Assembly: GCF_009914755.1 (NCBI RefSeq)
Contig: NC_060925.1
Source: the human T2T-CHM13v2.0 reference genome, Homo sapiens
Strand: one strand, 5' to 3'
DNA: 64,000 nucleotides
In this document: positions 58,725 to 64,000 of the stretch, piece by piece
Layout: each line of letters opens with the position of its first letter
Position numbering within the stretch: position 1 is the first letter of the stretch
Notes under the pieces: generated by a model
The model's input: only the letters and a program-made list of their open reading frames with translations
Told to the model about the DNA's origin: nothing
The model's database searches: none
Position numbers and translations under genes: made by a program

Positions 58725-61700
58725 CTGTATCAATTCATCTATCAGAGGACACTTAGGTTGATTCCATATCTTGACTATTGTGAATATGCTGCAATGAACA
58801 TGGGAGTAAAGATGTCTCTTTGATATCCTGCTTTTATTTTCTTTGGATAAATACCCATAAATAGGATTGCTGAATCATATGTAGTTCCATTTTTAATTTT
58901 TTAGAAATCTCCATACTGTTTTCCCATGTGGTTGTTTTCATGCCAATTTACGTTCATGCCAAGGGTTTACATGCATCCAAGGGTTTCCTTTTTTCCATAC
59001 TCTCACCAACTCTTATTATCTTTCATCTTTTTGATAATACTTATCCTAACAGGTGTGAGGTAATGTCTCACTGTGATTTTAATTTGCATTTCCTTGACAA
59101 TTAATATTATTATATTAATAATATTGAGCATTTTTCACGTTCCTATTCACCGTTTATATGCCTTTTTTCCCATAAGTTATTGGGGTACAGGTGGTATTTG
59201 GTTACATGAGTAAATTCTTTAGTGGTAATTTGTGAGACTTTGGTGCACCCATCATCTGAGCAGTATACACTGCAACATATTTATAGCCTTTATCCCTATC
59301 CCCCTCCCACTCTTTCCTCCAAGTCCCCGAAGTCCATTGTATCATTCTTATGCCTTTGCATCCTCATAGCTTAGCTCCCACATATCACAGAGAACATACG
59401 GTGTTTGGTTTTCCATTCCTGACTTACTTTACTTAGAATAGTAGTCTCCAGTCTCAACCAGGTCACTGCAAATGCTGTTAATTCATTTCTTTTTATGGCT
59501 GAGTAGTATTCCATTTTATGTATATATATATACATACCACAGTTTCTTTATCCACTTGTTGATGGGCATTTGGGTTGGTTCCACGATTTTGCAATTGTGA
59601 ATCATGCTGCTATAAACGTGCTTGTGCCAGTTTCTTTTTCAAATAATGACTTCTTTTCATCTGGGTAGATACCCAGTAGTGTGGATTGCTGGATCAAATG
59701 GTAGTTCTACTTTTAGTTCTTTAAGGAATCTCCACACTGTTTTCCATAGCAGCTGTACTACTTTACATTTCCACCAGCAGTGTAGAAATGTTCCCTGATC
59801 ACCACATCCATGCCAACATCTAATGTTTTTTGATTTTTTGATTACCGTCATTCTTGCAGGAGTAAGGTGGTATTGCATTATAGTTTTGATTTGCATTTCC
59901 CTAATCATTAGTGATGTTAAACATTTTTTCATATGTTTGTTGGCCATTTGTATATCTTCTTTTGAGAATTGTCTACTCATGTCTTGGCCCACTTTTTGAT
60001 AAGATTGTTTTTTTCTTACTGATTTGTTTGAATTTGTTGTAGATTCTGCATATTAGTTCTTTGTCAGATGTATAGATTGTGAAGATTTTCTCCCACTCTG
60101 TGGGTTGTCTGTTTACTCTGCTGACTGTTCCTTTTGCCGTACAAAAGCTCTTTAGTTTAATTAAGTCCCAGCTATTTATCTTTGTTTTTATTGCATTTGC
60201 TTTTGGGTTCTTGGTCATGAAATTTTTGCCTAAGCCAACGTCTAGAAGGGTTTTTCCAATGTTATCTTCTAGAATTTTTATAGTTTCAGGTCTTAGATTT
60301 AAGTCCTTAATCCATCTTGTGTTGATTTTTGTATAAGGTAAGAGATGAGGATCCAGTTTCATTCTCCTGCATGTGGCTAGCCAATTATCCCAGCACCATT
60401 TGTTGAAAAGGGTGTCCTTTCCCCACTTTATGTTTTTGTTTGCTTTGTCAAAGATCAGTTGGCTGTAAGCATTTGGGTTTATTTCTGGATTCTCTATTCT
60501 GTTCCATTGGTCTATGTGCCTATTTTTATACCAGTACCATGCTGTTTTGGTGACTATGGCCTTATAGTACAGCTTGAAATCAGATAATGTGATGCCTCCA
60601 GATTTGTTCTTTTTGCTTAGCCTTGCTTTGGCTATGTGGGCTCTTTTTTGGTTCCATATGAATTTTAGAATTTTTTTTTCTAATTCTATGAAGAATGTTG
60701 GTGGTATTTTTATGGGGATTGCGTTGAATTTGTAGATTGCTTTTGGCAGTATGGTCATTTCACAATGTTGATTCTACCCATCCATGAGCATGGGATATGT
60801 TTCCTTTTGTTTGTGTCATCTATGATTTATTTCAGCAGTGTTTTGCAGTTTTTCTTGCAGAGGTCTTTTGACTACTTGGTTAGGTATATTCCTAAGTTGT
60901 TGTTGGTTTGTTTTTCTCTTTCCTTTTTTTTTTTTGTTTTTTTTTTTTTTGCAGCCATTGTAAAAGGGGTTGAGTTCTCGATTTGATTCTCCCCTTGGTC
61001 GCTGTTGGTATATAGAAGAGCTACTGATTTGTGTACATTAATCTTGTATCTGGAAACTTTGCTGAATTCTTTTATCAGCTCTAGGAGCTTTCTGGAGGAG
61101 TCTTTAGGGTCTTCAAGGTAAACGATCACATCGTCAGCAAACAGTGACCGTTTGACTTCTTTACAGATTTGGATGCCCTTTATTTCTTTCTCCTGCCTGA
61201 TTTCTCTGGCTAGGACTTCCAGTACTATGTTGAAGAGGAGTGGTGAGAGTGGGCATCCTTGTCTTGTTCCAGTTCTCAGAGGGACTGCTTTTTGTATGTA
61301 TTTTTTGGAAAAAGTTTTATTCAGGTCTTTTGCCCATTTGTAATTGGATTATCTGCTTTTTTTTTTTTTTTTGCCATTGAATCATGAGTTTCTTATACAT
61401 TTTGGATATTAACCCCTTATCTGATTTATGTTTTACAAATATTTTATCCCATTCCATAGGTTGTCTTTCTAATTTTATTAATTGTTCTCTTTGCTGTGCA
61501 GAAGCTTGTTAGTTTGATGTAGTCCCACTTGTTTAATTTTGCTTTTGTTGCCTGTGCTTTTTACGTCATATCCAAAAAATCTTCACCGAAACTAATGTAA
61601 ATAAGCTCTTTCCCTATGTTTTCTTCTAGGTGTTTTACAGTTTCACTTCTTTACATTTGTCTTTAACCCATTTCAAATCAACTTTTGTATATGGTAAAAG

Positions 61701-61980
61701 ATAAGGGTCCCATTTCATTTATTTGCTTATGGACATTCAGTTTTCCCAACATCATTTATTGAAGAGACTGTCCTTTGCCCATTGTGAATTCTTGTCTCCC
61801 TTATCAAAGATTACTTGACCATATATTAATAGATTTATTTCTGGGCTTTTTATTTCATTCAATTTGTCTATGAGTCTGTTTTTATAGCAGTCCCTACAAT
61901 TTTAATTACTTTTGTATTATAGCTTGAAATCATAACTGTAAGACCTCCATGTTCTTTCTTAAGATTGTTTTGGCTATTGG
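58725..61980 (-). mobile_element. L1MA/MB 3' portion with nested L1PB (59163-61287)
   Basis: ORF2 peptides 59657-61129 ([15 protein letters not shown]...); L1PB 3'UTR starts ttttttcccataagttattggggtacagg; older L1 resumes at ~61290. Confidence 0.9.
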
Positions 61981-62109
61981 AGGTCTAGTTCTCCAGTTTC
62001 TTGGAAAAAAAGAATGATACATTCTTAGTGGAATCCCTTTAATTACCACTTTTAAAGGCTAAATTCTCATTCCATAGTGTAAGTTTAGTCATTCTTTAAT
62101 AAGGCCTGA

Positions 62110-62465
<356 letters not shown>

Positions 62466-62802
62466 TAGGTAGACTCCACACTGTGTAGATGGGACTTAAT
62501 AGTTATAGTGGTGTACAGAAGTGCATCTGGTAAAGAGCACACCTTACAAAGTGCTGTCTGGAAATGCAAATTGTATAAGCATAGTGGTTGACTGTAAAAG
62601 ACCTCCACTTAGGCAAACATACTATTGTAGATTTAAATTACAGTTTGGTCTCAACACTTCTATGAACTCTTGAGCATGTTTTCCAGTCTGATTTGGTTCC
62701 TTTAGTCTCTGTAAAAGGAAGAAGTGCACATGCTATTATGAGTCTCACTGCTCTGTAATCATTAATTCTTCTTTTTTTTTTTTTTTTTAACATGGTACTT
62801 AG

Positions 62803-62882
62803 GCACATAAAGTTAACAGCCTATTGGATGCATACTCAGGCCTGTTAAGTAATGAATCCATGATCCTGGCTGTGAACTCCAG
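62803..62882 (+). CDS. MROH9: MROH9 exon 4 AHKVNSLLDAYSGLLSNESMILAVNS(S)
   Basis: Long T tract then ..cttag acceptor, donor CAG|GTATGA, 80 nt, phase 0 to 2, open frame. Confidence 0.92.
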
Positions 62883-63435
62883 GTATGATAAGCTATCATG
62901 CTCTTTTATTTCACTAATTGGATGCATTTAAAATGTTATATCTTTAAAAACATGCAATTGTGAAAGATAAGAAATTACTCCAAACTTCACCATCATAATT
63001 TGGTGACTACTATTTCTTTCTTATACTCTTTCCCAGTCTTTTTGTATTGCGTAGACAAGCAGATAATCTTTCTAGCTGCTGAGGCAAGCTTCATTTGCCA
63101 TCAGTTTGAAGATGCATCTCAATGTAAGAAATACTAAGATGTGAAAAACATATTATCATTGATTACAGAAAATGGGTCAGTAATATATCTCAACTGTTTA
63201 AAGCTTAGCATGGCTTTGTGGACTTGGCTGGGAATGTAACCACTCTTTGCATTATTATGTTTATGGAGAAATATATTCTGATTTCTACATAACTGTTTAT
63301 AGATAATATTTGCAAAGAAATTAATTCCTTTATTTTTACAACATTATTATCATTTTTAAGAGAATATTTAAGACTCATCTGTCATACAAAGCCAAAAGCT
63401 GAACCTCATTTTTGCTTATCACTAAGAAATGGCTG

Positions 63436-63770
<335 letters not shown>

Positions 63771-63803
63771 TCATCATTAATAATTGCTCCTTTTTCTTGT
63801 CAG

Positions 63804-63939
63804 CTTTGTGGATCCCTTACTGCAGTTTGAATCTCAGTTGAAGATAATAGAGTCATCCTTTGGAATGCTAGTTGTCATGCCAAGTCTTGACAAAGTAAAA
63901 GAAATGGGGAGCAGTTATGAGTACATTGAGGACATGGAG
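63804..63939 (+). CDS. MROH9: MROH9 exon 5 FVDPLLQFESQLKIIESSFGMLVVMPSLDKVKEMGSSYEYIEDME (gene continues beyond the window)
   Basis: Acceptor ctcctttttcttgtcag, donor GAG|GTAAAA, 136 nt, phase 2 to 0, open frame. Confidence 0.93.
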
Positions 63940-64000
63940 GTAAAATTTTTCTTCCTTTAATCATTATAGGATGTTATTACACATCACAGCAATCCTGCAG

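Noticed and set aside
59103-59125. AT-only hairpin aatattatta-tat-taataatatt
   Set aside because: Low-complexity A/T sequence inside an L1, expected by chance
59657-61129. 261-aa, 111-aa and 85-aa minus-strand ORFs
   Set aside because: Frameshifted pieces of a truncated L1PB ORF2

Overview
Human genomic DNA, as shown by a pristine AluYa5 carrying all five diagnostic changes. It is AT-rich and dense in repeats, with no prokaryotic-type features. The right-hand 24 kb holds the 5' end of MROH9 (C1orf129, maestro heat-like repeat family member 9; recalled as 1q24.3) on the + strand: a probable non-coding exon 1 (donor at 39950) and four coding exons (49894-49918, 51864-51910, 62803-62882, 63804-63939). 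These splice in phase to MLTRNPKTKSSLQILQDSVKWHHMAHKVNSLLDAYSGLLSNESMILAVNSSFVDPLLQFESQLKIIESSFGMLVVMPSLDKVKEMGSSYEYIEDME, and none of them appears in the supplied ORF track. The rest is upstream intergenic and intronic DNA filled with Alu, L1, L2, MIR, MaLR/ERVL/ERV1 LTR elements and DNA transposon fossils; most ORF-track entries are repeat-derived or chance frames. Best observations: (1) the MROH9 start-codon exon is carved out of the endonuclease active-site motif (GDFNTPLS) of an ancient sense L1 ORF2; (2) the promoter looks bidirectional, with RFX X-box/half-CRE motifs, a strong minus-strand donor and a strong minus-strand exon 5 kb away, suggesting a divergent spliced lncRNA; (3) inverted AluY elements bracket the frame-shifting exon 4. 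I found no evidence for a wholly new multi-gene system. Repeat subfamily names are from recall of consensus sequences, and boundaries of old repeats are approximate.
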